Below are positions 36,375 through 45,669 of a DNA stretch of 64,000 nt, one piece after another (within the stretch, counting starts at the first letter, position 1; the number at the start of each line of letters is the position of its first letter). Source of the stretch: an uncultured Christensenellaceae bacterium (GTDB lineage: Bacteria; Bacillota; Clostridia; Christensenellales; SZUA-584); the NCBI GenBank assembly GCA_964510055.1, contig CAZDZY010000001.1, forward strand, positions 15,873 to 79,872. The letters run 5' to 3'. A program made the position numbers and the translations under genes. The notes under the pieces are model-generated. The model was not told the DNA's origin and ran no database searches. It was given only the letters and a program-made list of their open reading frames with translations.

Positions 36375-39300
36375 GAAAACGTTCCGCGTGGAATAAGAAT
36401 CAGCTAAGGGAGATCCGCCACACGATGGGGCGGTATATCGCGATACTCGTTATCGTCGCCCTTGGCGTGGGCTTTTTCGCGGGCCTCAAGGTCACAAAAA
36501 GCGCCATGGTACAGACCGGCAATACGTATATAAGCAGCCGGAACATGTACGATTACCGTCTGATAACCACCCTCGGGCTCACCGGGGACGACGCAGCTTA
36601 TTTCAGCAGCATGAACGGGATCAAAAACGCGGCGGGCGCTATATCCGCCGACTTCATTGCCGCGGGCGCCGACGGCATGGAATATAACCTCAGGGCGCTT
36701 TCCATCGGCGCCGCCAATGCGCCGAGCCTTACAAATGGAAGGATGCCTGCGCGTCCTGATGAATGCCTGCTTGACCGGCGCTATTTTTCGGATGAATATA
36801 TGGGTGAAACTATCCGCGTTGCCGCCTCAAACGACGAAGAAACTAAAGATAAATTCGTATACGGGTCTTATACCGTCACAGGTTTTGCAGATTCAGTGCT
36901 GTATATGAATATGAGCCGGGGCACTACCAGCCTTCCGGGGGGCCTCATAAAAGGCTTTGTCTACATACCCGAGGGCGGCTTTAAGCTCGATTACTTTACC
37001 GATATTTATATCGAACTGAAGGACGGCGGACAGATCTTCAGCGATGAGTATGAATCCGCGGTTTCGGCGATGGAGCAGCCGTTAACCGACGCGCTTGAGC
37101 TGCGGGCGGATATACGCTATAAAGATATCGTAAACGACGCAAACGAAGAAGTCGCCAAAGCCGAGGACGAATATAACTCTTCTTATGCTGATTATGAAAC
37201 ACAGAAAGCCGACGCGCAAACTCAGCTCGATGACGCATGGCAGCAGCTCTGCGATGCCAAAGATCTCATAGATAAAAACGAGCGCAAACTTAAACAAAGT
37301 GAACGGCAGCTCGACGAAGCGGAAAGCGAATATAAAAACTCTCTTGCGGGCTACAATGCCGCTTTTGCGGCTTATGAGCAGACGAAAAGCGCTGCATTGG
37401 CGCAGTTTGCGGCGGCACAGCAGGAAATAGACACGCAGCGCGCGGATGCTGCCGCGGCAATGGCGGGAATTGAAAGCAGCGCTGAGTTCGGGGATTACAT
37501 AGCCCTTTTAAACACAAGAGACGCGCTCGAAGAGCTGCTCGCCTTGGAAGATCCGGCTAGTCCGGAATATATCACGCTGTCGCAGCAGCTTGCCGATACG
37601 AACGCTGCCATCGCGGCAGCTGAAAGCACCGTCATTATCGTCCAATACCTGACGCTTCAGGCAACGGTCGTACAGCTCGACGCCGCGCAGGCAGATCTCG
37701 ATGCGCAAGTAGCGGCGGCATTTACGCAGTTCGCAGCGGCTGAGTCACAGTTTGCGGACACAAAAGCGCAGCTCGACGCGGCCGCGCAGCAGATAAATAG
37801 CGGCATGCATACTATAGCAGCGGGGAAGCGCAAGCTGGCGGACGCGAAACAGGAATATGAAGACGGGCTCGCGGAATACGAAGATAAAAAAGACGAAGCG
37901 GATAAAAAGATAGCGGACGCCGAAAAAGAGCTTGCGGACGGAAAGCAGAAGATAGAGGACGCGAAAGACGATATCGCGGCTATAGAAAAACCTAAATGTT
38001 ATGTGCTGGACCGCACAACAAACAACGGATATGTTTCGTTCGGGAACGACTCTACCATAGTTGAAGGAATATCGAGCGTATTCCCTGTTTTCTTTTTCCT
38101 GGTTGCCGCGCTGGTATGCACGACCACGATGACAAGGATGGTGGAAGAACAGCGTACGCAGATCGGCACTCTCAAAGCGCTCGGGTACAGCAATGCCGCT
38201 ATAATGATGAAATACATATCGTATTCCGGAAGCGCCGCCGTCGCGGGCTGTGTGCTGGGCTTTATGCTCGGCTCAAAGCTCTTCCCCATGGCTATATGGG
38301 AGGCGTACAGTATCCTTTACGGTTTTTCGGATATCGAGTTCGTCCTGGATCCGGTATATGCCGCGCTGGCGCTTTTCGTATCGCTTCTGTGTTCGGCCGG
38401 AGCGACTTATCTTGCGTGCAGGGCAGAGCTTTCGGAGATGCCCGCGGAGCTTATGCGCCCCAAAGCGCCTAAACCCGGCAAGAGGGTCTTTCTCGAAAGC
38501 GTTCCGTTTATCTGGAACCGCCTGAACTTTTTGCGCAAGGTTTCAGTACGCAATATACTGCGCTACAAGAAAAGGTTTATCATGATGGTGCTCGGCATAA
38601 GCGGCTGCACCGCTATGGTGCTGGCAGGCTTCGGCATAAAGGATTCCATAAGCAGCATAGCCGCTAAACAGTTCGATGATATAATGGTGTTCGATATTGA
38701 GGCCACGTTTGACAAGGCGCAGACCCGGCAGGATATGTCCCGTTTTATTTCCGATACTTCCGGCCTGCTCTCCGACTGCGTTTTTATAACCAGCGACACG
38801 TTCGACGTCCCCTGTGAAAGCGGCGATAAAACGGCTGTCATTATCGCGACAGACGACAGCGATATCACAAAGATGATCGACCTTCACTATGACGGAGATC
38901 CGATACCTTACCCCTCTTTCGGTAATGTCGTGCTCAGCGATAAACTTGCAAAATTCACGGGATGTGCCGTTGGCGGCAATATCACGATAAAACTAAACGA
39001 CACGGATACCCGCTCGTTTATTGTTAGCGGCATATGCGAAAACTACGTCTACAACTACATATATATGACCGCGCAGACCTATGAGTCTGTGCTCGGTGAG
39101 AAATGCGCATTCCAGAACGCTCTTGCGATATCGGCGGCTGACGACGTGCACACCGTGTCCGCGAAACTTCTCAGCGACTTTGGCGTATCGGCTGTAAGCG
39201 TGAATGCGGATACCCGCGACAGCGTAACAAACATGATACAGAGCCTTAACGCAGTAGTGGCTCTTGTGATAGCCTGCGCGGGCGCGCTCGCTTTCGTCGT

Positions 39301-39646
39301 ACTGTTCAACTTAAGCAACATCAATATAACCGAGCGGGTGCGCGAGATCGCCACTATCAAGGTGCTCGGTTTCTACCCTAACGAAGTCAATACGTATGTC
39401 TTCCGTGAGAACAACGTCCTTACAGCGCTGGGCGCCGCAGCCGGGCTTCCGCTCGGCATATTGCTGCATAGTTTTATTATGAGCCAGCTTAAAATTGATT
39501 TTGTAAACTTCCGCGCGATAATACTGCCGCTTAGTTTCGTTTACGCGCCCGCTTTAACGTTCGTTTTCACACTAGCCGTAGACCTGTTCCTAAGGCGCAA
39601 GCTCGACAGGATAAACATGGCGGAGTCGCTGAAATCGGTAGAGTGA
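36368..39646 (+). CDS. FtsX-family ABC transporter permease, 1092 aa, with two FtsX modules and a long coiled-coil extracytoplasmic insert
   Basis: Overlaps the ATPase gene by 7 nt. The first TM helix (YIAILVIVALGVGFFAGL) is followed by roughly 500 aa of extracytoplasmic sequence. That stretch includes a 300-aa Ala/Gln/Glu/Asp-rich heptad-like region (DAQTQLDDAWQQLCDAKDLIDKNERKLKQSERQLDEAESEY...). Two 4-TM FtsX blocks are present. Confidence 0.8.
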   Translation: MVRKRSAWNKNQLREIRHTMGRYIAILVIVALGVGFFAGLKVTKSAMVQTGNTYISSRNMYDYRLITTLGLTGDDAAYFSSMNGIKNAAGAISADFIAAGADGMEYNLRALSIGAANAPSLTNGRMPARPDECLLDRRYFSDEYMGETIRVAASNDEETKDKFVYGSYTVTGFADSVLYMNMSRGTTSLPGGLIKGFVYIPEGGFKLDYFTDIYIELKDGGQIFSDEYESAVSAMEQPLTDALELRADIRYKDIVNDANEEVAKAEDEYNSSYADYETQKADAQTQLDDAWQQLCDAKDLIDKNERKLKQSERQLDEAESEYKNSLAGYNAAFAAYEQTKSAALAQFAAAQQEIDTQRADAAAAMAGIESSAEFGDYIALLNTRDALEELLALEDPASPEYITLSQQLADTNAAIAAAESTVIIVQYLTLQATVVQLDAAQADLDAQVAAAFTQFAAAESQFADTKAQLDAAAQQINSGMHTIAAGKRKLADAKQEYEDGLAEYEDKKDEADKKIADAEKELADGKQKIEDAKDDIAAIEKPKCYVLDRTTNNGYVSFGNDSTIVEGISSVFPVFFFLVAALVCTTTMTRMVEEQRTQIGTLKALGYSNAAIMMKYISYSGSAAVAGCVLGFMLGSKLFPMAIWEAYSILYGFSDIEFVLDPVYAALALFVSLLCSAGATYLACRAELSEMPAELMRPKAPKPGKRVFLESVPFIWNRLNFLRKVSVRNILRYKKRFIMMVLGISGCTAMVLAGFGIKDSISSIAAKQFDDIMVFDIEATFDKAQTRQDMSRFISDTSGLLSDCVFITSDTFDVPCESGDKTAVIIATDDSDITKMIDLHYDGDPIPYPSFGNVVLSDKLAKFTGCAVGGNITIKLNDTDTRSFIVSGICENYVYNYIYMTAQTYESVLGEKCAFQNALAISAADDVHTVSAKLLSDFGVSAVSVNADTRDSVTNMIQSLNAVVALVIACAGALAFVVLFNLSNINITERVREIATIKVLGFYPNEVNTYVFRENNVLTALGAAAGLPLGILLHSFIMSQLKIDFVNFRAIILPLSFVYAPALTFVFTLAVDLFLRRKLDRINMAESLKSVE

Positions 39647-39671
39647 TTGACGGGAATGTTGGAGGAGAATC

Positions 39672-40361
39672 ATGAACAGTTTCTTTCAAAGACTGAACAA
39701 AATACCGGTTAAAGTTTTTTTGATCTTGTATATTGTACTTTATATTGTACTTACGTTTATAGGCCTGTCGCTAAGTATAGAGAGAAGGAGCCTTGTTGCT
39801 TATGCTTTAAGCTTACCGGTTGCGCTCAGCCTTGTTCTGTTCGTTATCCGGTTTAAAAATTACATCAAATCAAAAAGCAGCGTCTTATACTACATTGCCT
39901 GTATCTTTCTTCGCCTCATTTTCTTCGCTCTTCCCGCAGAACTTCTCATAGTATTAGATGTAAAATTTAAGTTCGGCGGCTTTCTGGCGTTGCCTGGCAT
40001 ATTACTGCTAATCATATTGTTTATAGTCCTGATCATCAGAAGTGTCATTAAGAAAGTCAGTAAGAAGTTGAATAGAAAAAACGATATGATAGATTATCTG
40101 CAGGAACAGGATTCGGGAGAGGGAATAGCCATCTTTTTTTCGGAAGGCCACGAGATAGAGTTTACATACGATAACGTCCGTTATCTTTTTATACACGAGA
40201 ACGGGCGATATTACTTCAAACGCATTACCGCAATAGACCCATATGAATACGAGATACTGGCCGAAGCGGATGAAGCTTTGGCTTGCGTCAACGCGTCTGA
40301 AATAAACGGCAAAAAAATAACCGGCCTCTGGCCGGATATCGAAGACATTACAGTCTATTAA
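39672..40361 (+). CDS. Membrane protein of unknown function (N-terminal TM bundle plus a C-terminal soluble domain of about 100 aa), AT-rich
   Basis: GGAGGAG SD, 25 nt after the permease stop. Four or five hydrophobic helices, followed by DYLQEQDSGEGIAIFFSEGHEIEFTYDNVRYLFIHENGRYYFKRITAIDPYEYEIL... A sampled 60-nt line has 19/60 G+C. Confidence 0.6.
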   Translation: MNSFFQRLNKIPVKVFLILYIVLYIVLTFIGLSLSIERRSLVAYALSLPVALSLVLFVIRFKNYIKSKSSVLYYIACIFLRLIFFALPAELLIVLDVKFKFGGFLALPGILLLIILFIVLIIRSVIKKVSKKLNRKNDMIDYLQEQDSGEGIAIFFSEGHEIEFTYDNVRYLFIHENGRYYFKRITAIDPYEYEILAEADEALACVNASEINGKKITGLWPDIEDITVY

Positions 40362-40484
40362 TTGTGCTCTTACTTTTAAAACAATTGTTTGGGCTTTGTA
40401 TATTTTTTACACTCCGGTATGCCAAAGCCGCTTAAATCCGCGGAGTAAAATAAGTGATCAAAATTGTTTTGGAGGAATATTATT

Positions 40485-40853
40485 TTGAACGGGAAAATCA
40501 ACTTATATCTTGATGATTCGCGCGATTGCCCGGAAGGTTTTACATTAGCAAGAACAGTAGAGCAGGCAAAACACTATTTTGATAATTACCGGATCGATAT
40601 ACTTTCCCTCGATTATGATCTGGGTGTTGATGCGGAAGGAAATCTTCTTCCGACAGGACTTGATTTTGTCCAATACATCTGTGAAAACAGGTTAAGAGCA
40701 AACAGGATATACATACATACAGATGATAGCTTAGGCAGAGATAGTATGTATCAATCATTATTAGACGCGCAAAGGAAAGGTTTTATAGACAAAGATATAG
40801 TAATTAAAATTATTTATTTCTCCATGCCACAAAATAATAATTCAAAAGAATAA
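40485..40853 (+). CDS. Cyclic-phosphate processing receiver (cREC/CPR) domain protein
   Basis: GGAGGA lies 8 nt upstream of TTG 40485. INLYLDDSRDCPEGF, ILSLDYDLG and IYIHTDDSLGRDSM match the LDDxR / SLDhDLG / HS-N-G pattern of the cREC family. Confidence 0.6.
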   Translation: MNGKINLYLDDSRDCPEGFTLARTVEQAKHYFDNYRIDILSLDYDLGVDAEGNLLPTGLDFVQYICENRLRANRIYIHTDDSLGRDSMYQSLLDAQRKGFIDKDIVIKIIYFSMPQNNNSKE

Positions 40854-41007
40854 AAGCTCTTTGTCAGTACTATTTTGGTTTCCCTTAAGGCGGAAGGCTT
40901 AGTCTCTTAATCGATTCCGGCATTAACTTCATAATTTCAAAGATATCTTTTCCAAGGCTTAAGCTTTTTGATCTCCCGGAATTACCGGGGATTTTCAAGA
41001 TACGTAT

Positions 41008-41048
41008 ATGACGCCCGCCCGGATCCGAACTGAGTGGGCGTCATTTTT
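41008..41048 (+). terminator. Hairpin terminator between the cREC gene and the convergent acyltransferase gene
   Basis: ATGACGCCC-19 nt-GGGCGTCAT followed by TTTT. Confidence 0.55.
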
Positions 41049-41051
41049 GAG

Positions 41052-42311
41052 TTACTTCCACTTCCCCCCGTTGGCGCGGTGCATCTCTTCCGTCAGGTGG
41101 AACCAGCGCATCGTATCTCCGCGCTCTGGATAGAACTCATAGAATTCCGATTTATAGAACGTATAGAACCTCGATATGTCAGTACACATGCCGAACGTCG
41201 GGGCGGCGTCTGTGGACAACGTGAAGCTGAAAGGCTCGCCGTCTTTTGTTCCATCGTATTTGAGCCCTTCGCGCGATAAGGTAAGCGTCCCTTCCCCGGC
41301 GATGATCGACGTAGCGCCTTTCGTAAGCCGCTTGTATTTCGGCAGCACGCCGAGCTTCACATGTCCGCTGAATGTAAAGCCGGTGTCGCTTACCTCTTTC
41401 TTCGCTCTTTCCCGCTGCATAGCGTACCAGTGAGATATAGTCTCAGGTATAACGCAATCGGCGCTGAGCGGTATGAGATCGTAGTATTCGTTTACTCTCG
41501 CTCCGTTGCCGCAGGCGCTGCAGCTTATAGTATCGCCCTCCGTACGCATAGTATAAAGCGCGCCGCATTTCGGGCAGAGGTACAGCAAGTCGCCTAAGTT
41601 CTTCGCCATCTCTCCGTGCCCGTCGAACGCCGCCCTCGCGTCCCTGTTCCATATGTAATCGTCGTGAGCCAGCTCGCGGTTAAGTATGTCCTGAATCTCA
41701 TCCGCGCTCAGTTTCTCAAGCTGCTCCGGGCTCAAAAGCCTGTCTACGGCCACCTCTACTCTGCCGGGCCGCGTATCGAGGCAGTGCTTCGTGTTCGTCA
41801 TATACCCACCCGCTATCTTCGTATAGTATACCGTAACGCCGAGATGCTTGAGCAGCCTGCCGCTTCCTATAGCGCACGGCTGGCCGCCTCCCGATATGGA
41901 GCTCATGCCCTCGGGGAACAGGCAGACATGCCCGCCCGCCTTTATTATGCGTATTATCTCACGCACCGTGTGGTAATCGGGCGTAAAGTTTCTCTTGGGT
42001 ATAACCTGCATCAGCGCGAATATGGGGTAAAGATGAGAGCGGAAGAATTCGTTGTAACCCACAACGTAGTTGAGCCTGTGCGGCAGCGCGGCAGGCGCGG
42101 TATACAGGTAATCGACGCGCGACGAATGGTTGCTTATGAGTATATACGGGTTTTTATCCTTCGACGGGCGCACGTTGAATGTAAATTTAACGCCCAGCTT
42201 CTTGTTAAGAGCGAGCCGCCAGATATTTATCAGCAGCAGATAAGGAAGAGCGGGAGGTTTTTTCATATGCTTTCGTTCGAGTCGTTCCTGTAATGTCGGT
42301 TTTTCCCTCAT
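41052..42311 (-). CDS. PlsC-family lysophospholipid/1-acyl-glycerol-3-phosphate acyltransferase with a C-terminal zinc-ribbon-containing extension
   Basis: Acyltransferase motif I NHSSRVD (HX4D) and motif III FPEGMSS. CPKCG...CSACG zinc ribbon. GC-rich (42/60 in a sampled line), in contrast to both flanks. Confidence 0.75.
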   Translation of the reverse strand: MREKPTLQERLERKHMKKPPALPYLLLINIWRLALNKKLGVKFTFNVRPSKDKNPYILISNHSSRVDYLYTAPAALPHRLNYVVGYNEFFRSHLYPIFALMQVIPKRNFTPDYHTVREIIRIIKAGGHVCLFPEGMSSISGGGQPCAIGSGRLLKHLGVTVYYTKIAGGYMTNTKHCLDTRPGRVEVAVDRLLSPEQLEKLSADEIQDILNRELAHDDYIWNRDARAAFDGHGEMAKNLGDLLYLCPKCGALYTMRTEGDTISCSACGNGARVNEYYDLIPLSADCVIPETISHWYAMQRERAKKEVSDTGFTFSGHVKLGVLPKYKRLTKGATSIIAGEGTLTLSREGLKYDGTKDGEPFSFTLSTDAAPTFGMCTDISRFYTFYKSEFYEFYPERGDTMRWFHLTEEMHRANGGKWK

Positions 42312-42469
42312 GCGCGCCTCCCGTTTTTTGCCCCAAAAAGCCTTTGCTTAAAAAATATGTTTTCGATATTATAACACACTTCGACAAATATCGACATATT
42401 AAGCGGCTGTTGTTTTCCCTGTATGCATATGGTAGTATCAACTATAAACTATTGTGGGGACACTATGTA

Positions 42470-42680
42470 GGGATTAAAACAGTGGCTGGGAAAAACGCCG
42501 ACTTTAGGCGCATCATCGCAATAAATCCGTACGAATATGAGATACTTACCGAAGCGGGAGAAGTTATGGCGCGCATCGACGCCTCCAGAAATAAACGGCA
42601 AAACAATAACCGGCCTTTGGCCGGATATCGAAGATATTATGATATTGAGTATCATTAAAGATAACAAGGCTTGTAAGTAG
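42470..42680 (+). pseudogene. Decayed, frameshifted 3' fragment of a paralog of gene 39672..40361
   Basis: FRRIIAINPYEYEILTEAGEVMARIDAS aligns with FKRITAIDPYEYEILAEADEALACVNAS. 42588..42639 matches 40299..40350 at 49 of 52 nt. One extra nt just upstream shifts the frame. No N-terminal TM part is present. Confidence 0.6.
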
Positions 42681-42704
42681 TAAACATGCCGCACAGCGCG
42701 TCGG

Positions 42705-44378
42705 TTATAGCTCTTCCCATTCGTAGATCATATAAGACAAGTCGTCCAATGTTCCCGCCAGTTCATCCAGCAATTTTAGCGCTTTGATCTCGCTTGCCGT
42801 AAACGCATGATCGCGTTTCTTATCGCCCTCGCCTATAAAACGAATAGTTGGAGAATCCGCGTTTATTATTTTTTCAATATCTTCATGATAAAAAGTGGTA
42901 TCAATATACTCAAGTACCCCGCCGCTTATAACATCGCGTACCAAATATTTATTACTGTAGGAATCTTCGATAAACTCATCTTCCCCGACTTTAATTGATG
43001 TTTCTTCGAAATACACCCAGTTTGACGCTTTGAAACCAAGTCGAATTTCCATTCCATAATCGCCCATATAAGGAACAATATTAATGCTTTTTGATATCGC
43101 TTCAACACCTTTATAGTATATTGTTATATCGTCTGTATGGCTGTCTTTATTTATCTTACATTTGCTTAATTGTTCTTTTGCCTTTTGTGATAACTCAATT
43201 GCTTTATAAGCATAATCCTCCGGCTGCGGATTGCTTGCTCCGATGTAAGCGTTTGCCGCTTCTATTATTCCCTTAAAGTCGTATGACTCCAGCATTTTCT
43301 CAAATCCATCTCTTCTTTTATCATCCTTTAAAAAATCTTCAGGTTTATCAATTCTTATAGGAAGAGACGCAATATCCAATGCCGTTGATTCGGGAGCGAT
43401 CCTGAAGCAGGCAAAATCGTTATCCCAGGAAAACCGAATCGAAATGCTATTAGAGGCAGTGCTAGTGGTAGCGCCTTTTATAAAATTGTTCAAACTTAAC
43501 TCGCTATATAATGTGTCCCATGTTTTATCTGAGCCGCACAAACCTAGAACTTGCTTTACATGTTCTATCCATACATCTCCATGTCCGGTATTCACACTTA
43601 AATTTTGGCATGCGAGTATTATAGCCATCACTTTATTACTGGTTTTTGATACAAAGCATACTGCCCGAATAGAGCCTATCGAAGCCCAGTCCGCAATATA
43701 TTGATCGTATTCAAAAGTGTGGCGGGTTGTGAATGTTGCTAGTTCATTATCCGTTTTCATTGTGCTGAAAACATCGTCTGCTGAAAAATTGAATTCATTT
43801 TCTATAGTAATAGCCGTATTAGCAGGCACTGCTGGCGAAGATTTCGGGGGGGAAGTCAGATCGATATAATCCTCTATATTATTTAATACATTCACGTATT
43901 CTTCCGCGTCTTCCGGATTCAAGACATAGCTTATCCTCAATAACGCCAAGCCGTCGGGCGAAACATAGATAAATTGGTAAAGGTCTTCAACGCTCTCCAG
44001 ATCAGATTTCCTTAATTGTAAATCATCGTTATTATTAAAAACTTCCACGGTCCCGCCTATCGGGTCTTCCGGGTCTGATTGCGGGATCCTCGTATCCGCA
44101 AAATTGACTTTACTGGTATACTGATTCGGCCTGCCAAGCAATTCGTTAAGATCGGTCTCTTCGTCATATACGATAACGTTATCTACGGGTAAAGAGGCGT
44201 TTATAAAGCCGTTGACATAATCGCCGGCAGTATAATTCTTCCTGGCTTTTGATGCTGTGTTATAGACAACGTGGCCATTCACGGTAGTATCAGTTCCGGT
44301 GTTTGATACTGCCCGGGAACAGGATATCAAGGCAAGACACGCAGATATTATCAATAGTATACTGATAAACCTTTTCAT
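42705..44378 (-). CDS. 557-aa lipoprotein of unknown function, AT-rich
   Basis: Lipobox LALISC after MKRFISILLIISA. AGGAGAATCG SD. No recognised domain. A sampled 60-nt line has 18/60 G+C. Confidence 0.65.
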   Translation of the reverse strand: MKRFISILLIISACLALISCSRAVSNTGTDTTVNGHVVYNTASKARKNYTAGDYVNGFINASLPVDNVIVYDEETDLNELLGRPNQYTSKVNFADTRIPQSDPEDPIGGTVEVFNNNDDLQLRKSDLESVEDLYQFIYVSPDGLALLRISYVLNPEDAEEYVNVLNNIEDYIDLTSPPKSSPAVPANTAITIENEFNFSADDVFSTMKTDNELATFTTRHTFEYDQYIADWASIGSIRAVCFVSKTSNKVMAIILACQNLSVNTGHGDVWIEHVKQVLGLCGSDKTWDTLYSELSLNNFIKGATTSTASNSISIRFSWDNDFACFRIAPESTALDIASLPIRIDKPEDFLKDDKRRDGFEKMLESYDFKGIIEAANAYIGASNPQPEDYAYKAIELSQKAKEQLSKCKINKDSHTDDITIYYKGVEAISKSINIVPYMGDYGMEIRLGFKASNWVYFEETSIKVGEDEFIEDSYSNKYLVRDVISGGVLEYIDTTFYHEDIEKIINADSPTIRFIGEGDKKRDHAFTASEIKALKLLDELAGTLDDLSYMIYEWEEL

Positions 44379-44629
44379 AACGATTCTCCTGAATTGTTTC
44401 CGAAATATATGATTGATCCTACGCGTTTATATCTGTTACATAATATAACATAATACAACACAAACCTCAATGAACGGAATATATATGAATCTAAGCTATT
44501 GATCTTTAAACGAGAAAAGCTGATTCAAACGGCAGCAGCTTTCTTCAACTGGATTTATTTTAAGTTCACCGGAAGTGCAGCGCTGCCATATCCGGTAAAA
44601 TATGCGGGCTAAAGTAAAAACTCCAGGTA

Positions 44630-45583
44630 TCAATCCTGAAGCTTTATTACCAGTTCCCGTGATTTCTCATACTTTCGTTTTACTCCGGATATCATCAGTA
44701 TCCCCGCTATCACAGATGCTCCTCCAAGTATCTGCGGCAAACCGGCACGCTCACCGAGTGTGAAAACCGAGAGAAGAAATGCCGTAAAAGGTATCATGCC
44801 GGAAAAAGCGGCTGTAGTGCCCGCGTCGCAGCGCGCGACCCCGGCGTAAAACAACACGTAAGCCAGCGCCGTCGCCCCTACGCCATACCAAACGAGCCCT
44901 ATCCAGCCGGGCAGATCCAAAACAGCTATCCTTTCAGCTGGAAATTCGAACAACGCGGGAATAAGGCAGAGCGCGAAAGCTATTGCTGCCACGCATGCCG
45001 TCCTGTCTATCGGGTTTACGCTGCGCCGCAAGCTATCGCGCCGCGAAAAAACGTTGAAACACGATTCGCACGCCGCCGCGCACACTACGAGCGCGTTCCC
45101 AGCGGCGTGCTCCCATGAAAACGAGGCCGCGGTGAAATCCGCCTGCAGCGCCGCTATCCCGGCGCATGTGCATCCTATACCCGCAAGCTTTATGGGCGTA
45201 AAGCGCTCCTTTAATAATATGCGGGCAAGCGTCACGGTTATCGCGGGAGTCACGCCCGTAAGCAATCCGGCCTCAAGCGTGCTCGTGCGTTCCATACCGA
45301 GCAGCATGAACATCCGGTAAAGAAATATGCCGGTCGCAGCCTGAAAGGCCATATGCGCCCAATCTTTCGCGCTGCATGTCTTGATCGTTATTATTATGCT
45401 TCCGATGCGGAAAGGCAGTATCGCGATGAGCGCAAAGAACAATCCTCCCGCGCCTATCGTGAATACTCCGATTTTTCCGCAAAGAAGCCGTGCGGTTACC
45501 ACCACAGTGCCGGCGAGCGAAAACGCTCCCGTAAGAAACAAATATCCTGAAATTCTTTTCATATACTGCCTTTTATCTTCCAT
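44630..45583 (-). CDS. DMT-superfamily (EamA-like) transporter
   Basis: 10-TM profile with two EamA-like halves. Divergent from a MocR-type regulator gene, a common pairing. Confidence 0.75.
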   Translation of the reverse strand: MEDKRQYMKRISGYLFLTGAFSLAGTVVVTARLLCGKIGVFTIGAGGLFFALIAILPFRIGSIIITIKTCSAKDWAHMAFQAATGIFLYRMFMLLGMERTSTLEAGLLTGVTPAITVTLARILLKERFTPIKLAGIGCTCAGIAALQADFTAASFSWEHAAGNALVVCAAACESCFNVFSRRDSLRRSVNPIDRTACVAAIAFALCLIPALFEFPAERIAVLDLPGWIGLVWYGVGATALAYVLFYAGVARCDAGTTAAFSGMIPFTAFLLSVFTLGERAGLPQILGGASVIAGILMISGVKRKYEKSRELVIKLQD

Positions 45584-45669
45584 ATATTCTGTTATAATAG
45601 TAGCAAGCTAAACCGGTATGTTGAAGAGCCGGTCAATATGGATTTTTACCAGTCCGGTTTGAGGTATTT

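Noticed and set aside
42293-42658. The 121-aa ORF listed on the plus strand as a possible real gene.
   Set aside because: Its 5' part overlaps the acyltransferase start region and has no SD. Its 3' part is the frameshifted remnant of the 39672..40361 paralog. It is better described as a pseudogene fragment.
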